A stretch of 64,000 nucleotides of DNA, taken from Octopus bimaculoides (lineage: Eukaryota). The notes under the pieces are model-generated. The model was given only the letters and a program-made list of their open reading frames with translations, did no database searches and had not been told where the DNA came from. Position numbers and translations under genes: made by a program. Below, one piece after another: positions 51,556-64,000 of this stretch. Where the stretch lies: the NCBI RefSeq assembly GCF_001194135.2, contig NC_068985.1, positions 87,379,502-87,443,501 of the forward strand. The letters are read 5' to 3'. Numbering within the stretch: the first letter of the stretch is position 1; each line of letters begins with the position of its first letter.

Positions 51556-52149
51556 ACGAGTGAGTAGACAAACGAAAGAAAGGCACCCAACACATTTATT
51601 GGGAGTTACATGTAGGGGTTGAAACAGTTTGATTCAGACTCCTTGGTACTCTGAGTTTCAAGCGGGTTGCTGGTCTTCGGCCACACGCTTATTTACCATG
51701 CGGTTTTTCCAAGTAATTGTTGTCGCTGAACATCAACATCAGACTGCGCTATCGGAGCGTACGTACACTTTGGTCTCTTATATGAAAGTATATATACATC
51801 TAAATTTTGTACGACACTCTCTTTTTATTCTTTCATTCTTTCCTTCTTTCTATCAGCCCTTTCACGCTTACTTCGTTCACTCCACTCTTCGTTCTTTGTT
51901 CCCCCTCTCTCACATTCCCTCGCCTTCTCTTCATGCTCACCTTCCCTCCCCTTTCACTTCACTGTGTTCATTTCATTTTTTTTTTCTCGCCCCTCCTTAA
52001 TTCTTCTATCTCTCTGACTCTACTTCTCTCTCTTCTCTCCCTACGTGACTGGTGTTCGGCCAAGCCTGTCCTTTCTTTCTTGGTTCGACTAACATCTGTG
52101 CAACATCTCTATTCCTTCCTGTGCTTGTCAAATCGTATGTCCCTGCCCT

Positions 52150-52532
52150 AAGGCTTTGCTTCCACACACACCAGTTTAATTTAATTCGTCCTTAGTCGAA
52201 AGACACCTGTTGTTATGTCCTGTTATTTGCGTTTGCATCTGTGTAACGTTCTCCGTTTTTTTCCGTTCTTGTTTTCGTATACCTTCGCCGCTTTCTTCCA
52301 AGGAATCTAATGTTCTTAGCTTAGTTCTTTCTTGGGGCTGTCCAGATTGGAGCAATTTCGAGTATAACCAGCCGAAATTGCAAAGATAATCTGGAACTCG
52401 ACTGAGGAAAGAAAACTCCGAATGACTCGTCCTTGTTTTCTTTGTATTGTCTGTCTGGATGTCATGTCTCTTTTTTATATCATCTAACTGTTTGGATGTT
52501 TTGCGTTATTGTCCCATTTTTGTATTTTTTTC
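52150..52532 (+). mobile_element. Interspersed repeat, probable Penelope-like terminal repeat with degenerate hammerhead core
   Basis: CGA-CTGAGGA-AAGAAAACTCC-GAAT..TCG at 52399-52429. Otherwise unassigned. Confidence 0.35.
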
Positions 52533-52554
52533 TACATACATACATACATACAGT

Positions 52555-52586
<32 letters not shown>

Positions 52587-52597
52587 TATATATATAT

Positions 52598-52628
<31 letters not shown>

Positions 52629-54234
52629 AAACTTACTTGGAAAAGGATGCGTGGCGTTTGATCATATGATAATATAAATAATATATAAATATATGCATAT
52701 ATACATACATATATGTACATAACTACATATATATGTATATATACATAAGTGTATGTATGTGTGTGTGTGTGTGTGTGGATACAAGTGAGAAAATGTTAGT
52801 AATGTTTTTTTTATATACTGTCATGTTTTTGTTTAATTACCATAAGTTCAACTTTTTAGCAGAAGAGATATGTTGTTTTATTCTATGTATTCATATGTAT
52901 GAACATTTAGATATAAACATACGTTTTCCCATAATTAACATTTCCGAGTTGTAGTTTACCAGAAAATATAATGGTGTATATATTCATATGATAAGTATGA
53001 GAAATATAACACAGTTAAAAAGGAGAGAAGGGAAACATTCACATCTTACTATGAGTTTTTTTGTAAAGAAAACGTTCTTAGTATGTACACTTTTGTGTAT
53101 GTTGTAGCAAAAAAGAGGTTTTGGGGTAGAAGAAAAAATCGTATTTGATTGGCCAGTACCCGGTTTGCGATGCTGTTCAGTTCACCAAAATTATGGTTAA
53201 TTTTTTGCAAATGAAAAAAGTAGGTGCAGAATGTGTGTATGCATGTATGATATGTATCTATATGTACTTATAAAAGTGCATTTGTATGTGCATATTGCGC
53301 AGTTATGCTGCGAGTTATTTTATTAAAATCAATTAGCGAAAATAGCAAAGTAAAAAGGAAAATATCAAATTTAATGTTATTAATTCTCTAAAACAGAAAG
53401 AAACTGTAAAAATATTTAGCTGAATAGAGAAAATTGTTTACTTTATGGAATGAGTTTTGAACAATGTGTTTGTTTCTGTCAACAAAATGTAACTATGTGG
53501 GGTAAGACGACATCAGCGGGAATGGTGTAAAGATTTTATATGTGCGGTTGTTTATACACAGCATGAATCTAAGTTATTGTAAAGTTAAAGCGGAAGAAAT
53601 TCGAACATGCACTTATGGACAGTTTGTAGAGGAAAATCCTAGCCTTCTTTCACTTTGTTTAAAATCAATCGCTAATCTAACAAAAAGCAACTGCAACTAT
53701 GAATGGAATATTATTTGTCCATTACAATCTAAATTCTCTTCCGCTGAAATGTTTAAATGCACAACAAAAACTAACAACTTGGCTTAAGGGCTTACATCAA
53801 ATCCGTTCAAACACATTTATAACCACCAAATTTGTACATCAGGAAATAAAAATACAACTATTTCACTAACTTCATTCACACGAGCGCCGAAAATAAATGA
53901 AGTGTATAGCATAAAATGAAATATAAATGAATAAAATCATAAAACTTATGAACAGCTGCGGCACCACAACTGCTAAATCCTATTTACTAAAAATAATTTT
54001 TATACATAGAAAAATACAAGCAAATAAGAATGTGCAAACATGTAAAATAAATGTAAACTCTATGACATACTCATTTAGATAAACAATTAAAGTAGCAAAC
54101 ACTCTTATCTTTGACCTGTGAAAGCATTCCAGGTATGTCATCACTGTGTCATCCACAAAATTCATATGCATAAATTTGAAATATAAGTTTTTGATTTGAA
54201 TATATTTCATTTTGACTATATCTCACATATGGAA

Positions 54235-54548
54235 GCACTCCGACGTTTAAGACGACGAGGGTCCCAGCTGATCCGATGAACGAAACAGCTTGCTTTTGAA
54301 ATTAACGCGCAAGTGACTGAGCACTCCACAAACACGTGTACATTTAACGTAGTTCTCAGGTAGAATCAACGTGACACAGAGTGTGACAAGTTCGGCCCTT
54401 TGATATACAGGTACAATCCATTTTTGCCAGCTGAGTGGAGTGGAGCAAGGTGAAATAAAGTGTCTTGCTCAAGGACACAACGCATCGCCGGGGATTGAAC
54501 TCATGACTACGATCGTCAGCCGAATGCCTTAACTACTAAGCCACGCGC

Positions 54549-54550
<2 letters not shown>
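54235..54550 (-). mobile_element. SINE with family-A 3' half and a different, CORE-like head
   Basis: 54235-54415 aligns to 534-712. 54420-54550 (GTCCTTGAGCAAGACACTTTATTTCAC on -) does not match the family-A head. Confidence 0.75.
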
Positions 54551-54591
<41 letters not shown>

Positions 54592-55817
54592 TATATGCAT
54601 GCATAAATCCTGTTTACCACATTCATGCAAGGAAGATGATGTGCATGAAAGTGACTCTGAGTCTAAAAGAGTACGAGTCACATTCCTATAGTAGAAATTG
54701 ACAAGCACATATATTCTTCAGTTTCACCAAATTGGCTTTTTATTATTTTTTAATCATTGTATAAATACAATGATCCAAATGATAATTTAAATTTAATTAC
54801 AATGTGTGTTCTTTTGATATATTTTATATCCGTTTTAATGCATTATATATTATTTATATATTTTCTCAAAATTATTAAAATCTTAGTCTTAATATTTAAA
54901 ACAAACAAGAAAACTTCATTGGTAACAAGCCGAGTAAAAGTTATTACCAGAGTAAAAAAACTAGACCTACAACTCATTTAAAAAACACATATTTATTACC
55001 CGAAATAATGTTCTATAATTTGCATGTCACGATTCCATTGTTATTTCAAAAATAATCAATCCCTCTCACTTTACATCATTATCTCCTCCTACATCCATAC
55101 TTTCACTGCTATTGTATTCTGATGGCAAGATAGCCATGGTGACTCTCTCTCTCAATATATGCATAGTAATAATTGACGTTGTTATTTTAATGCCTGATGA
55201 TCTCCCATGACGAAAGAAATAAATATATCCATGTAGATCTCAGTTATTTCTTGTCAATATTTTCATAATAATAAATTTGGCCGTATGCGTGGTGTACATA
55301 TGCGTAATTGGATATTGTTGGTTACAAACTTAAGACCAAAACTATTCAAAAATGCAAACACGTTAAGATGTCGTTTAACACTTACGTTTGAGAATGCACA
55401 AAAATACACACATGTATATTTAAGTATTTACCCAAAAACTGAGCCGATTTTGCTCTTGATAAAGTTCTGAGAATGAAGCATAATGGAGAAGTTCCCATAA
55501 GTGGTGAATTAGCAGTCATGAGAGAAACAGATAAAATATGTTGAAATATTTGTACCAACATTGTGCACTTTAGGTTCAAATTCCGCCAAAGTCTACTTTC
55601 TTTCAAGTTCGGTAAGAAATAAGTCCGTCAAGTCAGTTGCCTCGAAGTAGTTGTTCCAATTCTCTACTATCTGAGTTCAAATCTTGCCATGATCATCTTG
55701 AGTTGTACAATGAATCTGTAATTTGATTAAATAATACCACTAGTAAACGTAATCAGATCTCACTCTATTTCAAGCATGTACACCAGATTTCCAGTTTGGA
55801 AATAACTTTCCACTCAC

Positions 55818-55877
55818 CAGACTTCGAAGGAAGTAAATCGAGGATGAACACAGGGTCGAACATGGCTTATATTTTCC
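55818..55877 (-). CDS. Candidate 60-nt symmetric exon, product unknown
   Basis: Acceptor CTTCTTTCGAGATCATTTTCCAG|, donor CTG|GTGAGT, two frames open. Confidence 0.2.
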
Positions 55878-55937
55878 CTGGAAAATGATCTCGAAAGAAG
55901 GGTTTGGGTTTCCTTTTACCAATTCTTCAACAGCTGC

Positions 55938-56090
55938 AGACATATCTGAGTGGTTAAGAAGTTCGTTTCACAGCAACACGGTTTCTGGTTTAGTTCCATC
56001 ATGCGACTCCTGAGGTAAGTGTCTTCTCCTATAGCTTGGAGCCAACCGAATCCTTGTGAGTGAATTAAGTAGATGGACACTGAAATAAAC
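55938..56090 (+). mobile_element. SINE B head
   Basis: GTGGTTAAGAAGTTCGTTTC..., GGTAAGTGTCTTCTCCTATAGC. Confidence 0.7.
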
Positions 56091-57986
56091 TGATTAAAAT
56101 TTAGGCGGTATTGCCTACATGAATTTGACCACAATAAATTAAAGCGTGTCTACTGACGTGAAAGCGGTCAAAATACCTTTGGCGGTCAAAACACCTTTGG
56201 CGGTAAAAGTCTACAAAGAAAGATTCGTTCCCTATAAAAGAAACAGCGATTTTGTTTGGTGAAGATGAAGTAATTTAGATCCATAACGTCGAATACAGAT
56301 CTTGGAACTTTACTTTATCCAAAAATATGAAAAATCTGGAATAGAAAAGATATAACTGGAACATAGTCATGTTAAGAATGATGCATATATGTATGGATAT
56401 AGTTATGTACACGTGTGCGCGCGCGTGTGTTTGTGTATGTGTGCATGCAAGTATATATGTATGGCGTGTGATAGTTGTGTATGATAGTCATACAAGCAGT
56501 GTCGTTCGTTTCCAGTTATCTATGAGGACATTTCTGGCCATGAGAAAATATTAGGTTTCTTGGAAACAAGACAATGTTTGCGACAGGAAGTGCAGAGACC
56601 ATAACAAAATGTGTTTCAACGAATTCTATGTGAACTTTACAAAAACGGAAGAGTGTGCGAATATATCATTATCGTAAACTATGATGAATATATTTTCGTC
56701 TTTATTGTAAAATACTCAAGGGAGTTAATGAAGAGAGAATTGGAGCTTAAAGAATAACGCATTCGACAGTATCTCATTAAGTAAAGAGTCTGATTATTCT
56801 GGATGATTTTTTAAAACATGTATGGAGTGTATGTCTCTTCTGAGGTTGTTCTGTTGTAAAGGCTGTGTTAGGCTCAAGATCAAAAGATCTTACGTTCGTC
56901 TCCACACCTGGCAGTGCGTTTTGACCTTGGAAAAAGTACATCATTTCACATTTATCCAGCATACATAACTGAAAACGATACCAGTATTCCGCTGAACTAC
57001 TTGGTAAGAAGGGTCACGTGGATCTCTATGTGGATCTCAAAGGCGGCTAAAACAATTAGCAAAAGTTTGGTGCATGCTAACAAGTCATACGCCCTACGCC
57101 CTTGTGAATGCTGGCTGTTTGGTTTTAGATTAGAACAATACGGGATAGTCATGACTGAATTGCCATGGGGTTATATATATATCACGTTGAACAGGGAAGA
57201 TTTGGTCGTAAAAAAGCAAAAACACCAACATGAGCAACATAATGGTTGTTGGTTAAAAGCTGAATATAACCTGCAATATTTGGAGGAAACAGCAAGTTCT
57301 GCTCAGAAACAAGTTCTACTCCAAGTCGAGTATAACCGCCCCTGCTCTGGCCTTACCCAGAATCTACAACCCAATGAAGAAGTAGGTGTCTTTATAACAT
57401 CACTTAAACTGTTAGAAACAGCAGCCACATCTCCTGCAAAGCACACCTTTCTCTCAAATATATGCAGAAGGTATATTAGATGACGTAGTTGCAGCTATGT
57501 GCATAAGGTATGAATAATCATGCCTGGCGTTACATAGGAAACAGGTTTGCATGATCAGAACCGACCTATGGCTAAACAACCACCACCACTACCCATCCCA
57601 GTCCACCAACACAACCATCGCCACCGCCACCGTCACCACCACACAGTAACAGTAACAACTCTATTATTATTATCATTATTACTGTTACAGAAAAATCTCT
57701 ATCTTAAACAATACTTCAAAATCTGAAGAATATCATTGTATACAGTAATTATGCAAACATCTCCCTGATAACATAAAATTTATATGGTTAATTTAAAAGA
57801 GAAAGAGATATCTAATTGGTGCACAATTGATATTTTATTTGTTGTGTTGACCAAGCATTTCAGTATACACGATGGCGTATATTTTGTGTTTAAATATTTC
57901 CTTATTACGGAGTTTAGAAATATAACAGTATAACTCTATTTATAAGTTTCCATTTCCCACTTACTCACCCTCCTCTGATTGTGTGT

Positions 57987-58026
<40 letters not shown>

Positions 58027-59309
58027 NNNNNNNNNNNNNNNNNNNNNNNNNNNNNNNNNNNNNNNNNNNNNNNNNNNNNNNNNNNNNNNNNNNNNNNNNN
58101 NNNNNNNNNNNNNNNNNNNNNNNNNNNNNNNNNNNNNNNNNNNNNNNNNNNNNNNNNNNNNNNNNNNNNNNNNNNNNNNNNNNNNNNNNNNNNNNNNNNN
58201 NNNNNNNNNNNNNNNNNNNNNNNNNNNNNNNNNNNNNNNNNNNNNNNNNNNNNNNNNNNNNNNNNNNNNNNNNNNNNNNNNNNNNNNNNNNNNNNNNNNN
58301 NNNNNNNNNNNNNNNNNNNNNNNNNNNNNNNNNNNNNNNNNNNNNNNNNNNNNNNNNNNNNNNNNNNNNNNNNNNNNNNNNNNNNNNNNNNNNNNNNNNN
58401 NNNNNNNNNNNNNNNNNNNNNNNNNNNNNNNNNNNNNNNNNNNNNNNNNNNNNNNNNNNNNNNNNNNNNNNNNNNNNNNNNNNNNNNNNNNNNNNNNNNN
58501 NNNNNNNNNNNNNNNNNNNNNNNNNNNNNNNNNNNNNNNNNNNNNNNNNNNNNNNNNNNNNNNNNNNNNNNNNNNNNNNNNNNNNNNNNNNNNNNNNNNN
58601 NNNNNNNNNNNNNNNNNNNNNNNNNNNNNNNNNNNNNNNNNNNNNNNNNNNNNNNNNNNNNNNNNNNNNNNNNNNNNNNNNNNNNNNNNNNNNNNNNNNN
58701 NNNNNNNNNNNNNNNNNNNNNNNNNNNNNNNNNNNNNNNNNNNNNNNNNNNNNNNNNNNNNNNNNNNNNNNNNNNNNNNNNNNNNNNNNNNNNNNNNNNN
58801 NNNNNNNNNNNNNNNNNNNNNNNNNNNNNNNNNNNNNNNNNNNNNNNNNNNNNNNNNNNNNNNNNNNNNNNNNNTATATATATACATAGGTATGTGTGTA
58901 TGTGTGCGGGTGTGTGTTGGTGTGTATATGTATGTGTCATTACCAGTGTAGTCGTATTTACATTGAAGATATGATCAAATAACAATCAAATGAAATTAAA
59001 GAGTTTCTAATGAAAGGGAACCATTGTCACAAAACATCTAATTTCGTTGGATATAAAAAGCACATTCTGTTTATACGTGTAGCATCTGAGAACAATAAAT
59101 ATACCACTATATCACTCTCATTGAAACTAGAAATATTGCAACTATCTGTAGATGTGTAGATCTGTGATGTTAGTCACGTTCGCTAGACAGTTAATCCCAT
59201 TGAACAATGGGCCAGACACAGAAAAGTTATTTCACTGACTTTACTAGCTCTTACAGTTTATGTTACATCCCTGGGTCTCTGGATCTTTAGTCAAGCATAT
59301 TAGTCACCT

Positions 59310-59670
59310 TCTTTAACCCGTTTGATACCTACCTAAAACTACCCAAGCTTCTATGGCATTAACATCCCGTTTTAAAATCATTTAAATTAAAGCCGTTCTT
59401 CATGCTAATTCATGTTCGATACACCAGCTTTAGTTTAATAACTAAAACAACTATTTAGTAAAATAATTCTCTAATTAGAGTGATATTTTACTAAAGACTT
59501 CATAACTTAAACATTAATCGAAATAAAAGCAGCAATTTTAGCATAAATATGGTTACAAAAGAGTTAAATTGATCTAAATTAAAATCTCCCATCAAAATTT
59601 CATGTAAATTTATGTTCCAAACATCAGCTTACTAATGATAAAATTATTTTATTAAATTCCTTATTAGTTT
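59310..59670 (+). repeat. Same repeat family as 35550-36260
   Basis: TTAACCC start; TAAATTAAAATCTCCCATCAAAATTTCATGTAAATTTATGTTCCAAACATCAGCTT. Confidence 0.65.
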
Positions 59671-60029
59671 CCAATCCCGAGTGTTGTTCGTCATGTGACC
59701 GGTGACTTTGGCAATATCCTTTTGCCATAACGGGTAATATCAGGAAATATAGCAAACATATAATAATTAAAATTTAATGTTTATCAAATTTTTCTTGGTG
59801 CATACACAAATTGATTAATTGAATACTAATTTAAAAAACAAAATATATTACCTTAAAACAAATTGAAACAAATTTCTCAATTGTATAACTTCTATGAATA
59901 TTGTCCTTTAGTCCTTTCTAACGAAGAACTGAAGGGTGAAAATGTTTTCTAGATATAAAAATGCTTCGTTTTGTTTAGTGCTTTCGAGAAATAGAATATT
60001 GGTGTTTTCAAAGTGCCTGTTCATGAAAT

Positions 60030-60200
60030 CAGCGTCGATTAGATGTGAGGAGTCTAGCGTTTATGCCGATGACTCTAGTGTGCAGAGGATTAGAAAAGAA
60101 TGAAAGATAGAACTGAACTCTGCGCTACAGTAAAGCTGCTACAGACAGAGGCAGAGTGTCTATTCTAAAGGCAAAAACTAAGAATGTGTGATCTAGTGAA
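60030..60200 (+). mobile_element. Possible LINE RT remnant
   Basis: A short frame reads SSVYADDS (YADD motif); the surrounding frame is broken. Confidence 0.25.
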
Positions 60201-60551
60201 ATGCCCGTACCGACAGGTGAGAATCAGGCACAGTTCAGGGACAGGCAGTTATGAGACAATACTGTCTGAGCTGGTTCTATGCATTACGGATCACAAAGCA
60301 TATCAATGGAATCACTAGTTTAATTATCACAAATGCTCAAATTCTTTTTCAATAAACACAACCGAAAGGATATGCATGCATATATNNNNNNNNNNNNNNN
60401 NNNNNNNNNNNNNNNNNNNNNNNNNNNNNNNNNNNNNNNNNNNNNNNNNNNNNNNNNNNNNNNNNNNNNATATATATATATATATATAAAACCACGTGTG
60501 TGCCGTTGGCAATTTTCGTCCATCGTCTCCCCTTCCTTTGGACTTCCTTCT

Positions 60552-60586
60552 ATTTCTGAAGAAGAGATTTGCTCGAAACGTTAAAT
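60552..60586 (+). ncRNA. Minimal type I hammerhead motif in a Penelope-like terminal repeat
   Basis: Stem I ATTT/AAAT, CTGAAGA plus extra A, stem II GAG/CTC, GAAA, ACGT palindrome, GUU triplet. Confidence 0.55.
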
Positions 60587-60778
60587 CCTCTTTCCTTCCT
60601 TTCCTGAGCGTCTGATAATACAGTACTTCGATCGCTTCTTTCCAACATTATTTGAACGAGCAGGATAAATATTTTTACCATAGTGTTTGAAGGTCCTGTA
60701 GCTTTATTGTTTCTCTATAACCGTTGCTCATAGTCTTTGATATTTGAATAAATTTTACCTCTTTTACTACAAGTGGCG

Positions 60779-61497
60779 ATGGAGTATCAAGAAGAAAAAT
60801 AAGACCATTTTCGATACCAGCTTCTCTCGGGTTTCAGTGAAAATTCCATTGTTGCCAAAGCCTCTGGAGACATTTATATTACAAACAGAGAAGGCACTAT
60901 TACTGAAAGAACACCACAGAAAAGGTTTAAATGCTTCCAAGAATGTAAAGATGAACTCACACAGTATCCGTGTTCCAAGCGACTTGTTCAGTTCATAGTC
61001 AATTAAGCAAACTCATCCACGAGAATCTGCGCCAAGCAACTTGAGAATTGACTTGGCTAATGGGATGCTCTCTTGATACCATCAGCCGTCACCACACTCG
61101 ATGGGCAATCCGACCGAAAGGAACCGACCAACGGTGACACGTCGTGATTCTTCAACAGCACAACTATTGCTCATATGTCGCTAATTAGATCAAATGTGTT
61201 ATTCAAAAGTTTGGCTGAGACATGTTGCCACAACTAACGTATTGTTCTGATACAGTCTTCAGAACATTACCTTTTTCTGTCGCTCTTCAACAGGCAGTGA
61301 AGCGTTTTGTTCAACAATGACGTGGAGACAAAAAATGTGTCCAAATGAATTCTACTGTGAAGGCGATCACAAGTTAAGGAACGTAGGCATGAAATTGTGA
61401 ACAAAGAGTGTTTATTGTTGAGTGATCTGTGAAAACTGTTGATGAAAAAGATCAAAATAAATGAAATAGATGAACGAATTTAGCTGACAACCCACTA
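60779..61497 (+). mobile_element. Degraded, internally deleted mariner element
   Basis: MEYQEEK*DHFRYQLL...EGTITERTPQKRFKCF..., ENLRQAT.EL...MGCS.DTISRH..SMG; VILQQHN; NEFYCEGDHKL. The 3' TIR reverse complement reads TAGTGGGTTGTCAGCTAAATTCGT (61474-61497). Confidence 0.75.
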
Positions 61498-64000
61498 TGC
61501 GCGCGCGCGCGTATGCTTGTGTGTACATACACACATGCATATAAACATTGCTTTTTAAGAGACTATAAAAAGCAGAGACGTCCCCCAGATTGACGTCAGA
61601 AACGTGTTTCGACCTGATTTGTTCTTCTAAGTTAGGACAACCTCCGGACATTCTAAGAAGAAGTCAGACTCTTCGCTCTAATGTAGAAATCAACAAGTAA
61701 AACCTCCGCCGCTTTGTGCAGAAAGAAGCCAGACTTGAATGAATTCAACATATTCTCTTGAAACAGCATTAGATTAGATTAACAATATGAATAACATTTA
61801 TAATTTATATACAAACACAGAAAGATGCTATGCATGCATTTATACACACAAGCACATACATATGGATACATAAACGTATGTATCGACCACATTTCGACAG
61901 GTGATATACCTTTGTCACGTCTCTTATTTTAACCAATCACAATCCAGTACTTTGCGGAGCTAATTTACTGATATAGCACGGAAAAATTTATTCTCTTCTA
62001 CATTTCCCACTAGACAAACTTCGCTGGAGTCTGACTAGTCTCTCTTAGCTTCTGGCTTTTTATTCTGACAACTGTCTTGTGTCAGATTATATCCTACTAG
62101 CATTGCATACTCCTTAATAATACCCAACATCTACTTCGCCATAGCTACTGTAAAATTACCGCTAATAAATATGTATACGTTGAAGTTACGTTTCTTCGTA
62201 TGGTGAGCATTTTTTCCATTAGCACAGAATTAACTATCCAACATAAATTATCCCATTGACACGAAAACATGAAAAACATCTATGAATATTGTCCATAACA
62301 TTCCTGCAAAACAAATCATACACATTCACGTAAACTGTTGCAAATTAATATCTAGAATTTTCCATGCTCGAATTCTAAAATTCTATTTCTTTCAAATCAT
62401 GTGCTGCGCAGTTATTCCTGCTTTATTTTACCAGCAAAATCCGTTGAGGGCGTATTTTTTTCTCTTGGTAAATAACAAAGGAAAATTATATACAAACTAT
62501 AACCAAGTTTAGTTGTTATACCTCTGAAGTGTCTCTCTAGATATCATATACATACTTACATTCACATTTATATACAATAAAACACAGACACGCACACATA
62601 TCGAGTTCTATGTTTTGGAAGTATTTCTTTAATATTTTCGTATGTATTTCTTGCAGAAAGATTTAAAAACAATCATCTACGATCTTACTTCTCGTCATTA
62701 GAATGAAGTCATAGCAAAGTATGCTGCTACGATATTATGGAATACTCGAGCAATTACCGCTATGGTTAGTAGGGCAATTACTACGATCAGAATTTCAATG
62801 GCAACATTACGAACGTAATTTTGCTTTTTGCTCGTTAGACTTATACCTTATCAATCTGGTATTCCTTTGTTTTTACTTACGCTATATTATATAACGACTT
62901 GTCTATTAAAGCAGCGAACTATTTGTATTGCTGTCATCTTTAATCGTATATTTTTGTGTGGAATTTTATATAAATTAAATGTATTTTTTTATCAGTACTA
63001 GTAGGAACCATGGTAATTCTACAGAATGAAAAGGATCCATCTCTATCTACCTTTAATTAACCTCACCACCAGAATATTACCGTCTGCTAAACATTGTATC
63101 CTGAACATATCGCTTACTCTTTACCTTTCCCTCTCTACCCTTCTCTCTCGCTCTTTTCTCTCACCATCTTTTTCTCTCACCATCTTTTTCTCTCACTCTT
63201 CACCTCCTCTCTCTTCAACTAATCACGTGACACATTTGGCCTTATTGTACATCTTTCTCTACTTCTTCCTCACTTCTTTCTTCTCTACTTACACTCTTCC
63301 TCACTCTCTCATACAGTACTCCACCTCCAACCCTCCAACTAATTTAATTATAACAGGCGAACGAACAAGCAGATTATTATATAGATTTTTTTCCCGTCTA
63401 CGTTTGTACTGTGTTGATTTAAAGCTTTGCAGTTGCTCTTTGTTGGAAAACCCATGGGAGAGAGCTGAACTTGTGTGACTAATATAACATTTACAGTTGT
63501 GATGTTTACATCTTGCACTTGATCATTAATAGCCAGTTTAAGAGTTTATAAATTTTGAAGTTTGTTAATGTTGATGTTTTTCATTCTAATGTTTTGTATC
63601 GTATTATTAACGTTAGGTTAATATTTTGATCATGCTTTCTTTTCTGTAATCAGTACGTATGTTATTTATACAATACATGAACTAATAGACCAAACTATAC
63701 AACAATATAGATATAATTTCATTGCTATAGACACATCAGACACTACAAAAATTAAAGATACACTAAATTTTGCACAGTGTATTACATGAAACAAACGCAT
63801 AACCACAATAGAGTAATGGACACAAAATCAAACATCTCATGAAGCCATAAAATAATGTAAAATGCATTACGCTATAAGCAGTAATGTTATTAAAGTACTA
63901 CAAAACAAAAAATATAAACTTTATTAAAACAACACAATGCTATAAGCCTGAAATTAAAGCTGCTGCTGGTCTAAGATTACATTTGATTACATACCACGAA

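Noticed and set aside
56914-57483. 189-aa plus-strand ORF, the longest gap-free ORF
   Set aside because: Starts at GTG and shows no recognisable motif. Its 3' part runs into repeat family E (57400-57590 resembles 10845-10955 and 33300-33480). Probably chance; a blastp hit would reopen it.
63026-63478. 150-aa ORF
   Set aside because: Low-complexity pyrimidine tract (Leu/Ser/Phe-rich) with internal duplication.

Overview
AT-rich, repeat-saturated eukaryotic (animal) genomic DNA from a gapped short-read-style assembly. There are ten N-gaps, most flanked by (TA)n. The repeat families and microsatellite load resemble octopod cephalopod DNA as I remember it; this is inference, not a database result. 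I could not identify any intact protein-coding gene, and most ORFs in the supplied track are artefacts of N-runs, microsatellites or SINEs. Recognisable content: two decayed mariner transposons, a hAT transposase fragment, two Penelope-like GIY-YIG fragments, three stacked R4/Dong-like 3' fragments in (TAA)n, L1/Tx1 and RTE fragments, and several tRNA-derived SINE families in many copies. Most interesting: (1) a tRNA-headed non-autonomous element whose tail carries a minimal hammerhead ribozyme and has Penelope-type inverted 5' junctions (a candidate Penelope-mobilised SINE); (2) two further hammerhead-like motifs; (3) an old ~620-730 bp tandem array of 8 units; (4) a 286-bp foldback; (5) an E-box/CArG/AP-1 motif cluster; (6) a candidate minus-strand gene start (CRE plus ATG|GTAAG exon). 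All coordinates and alignments were read by eye.
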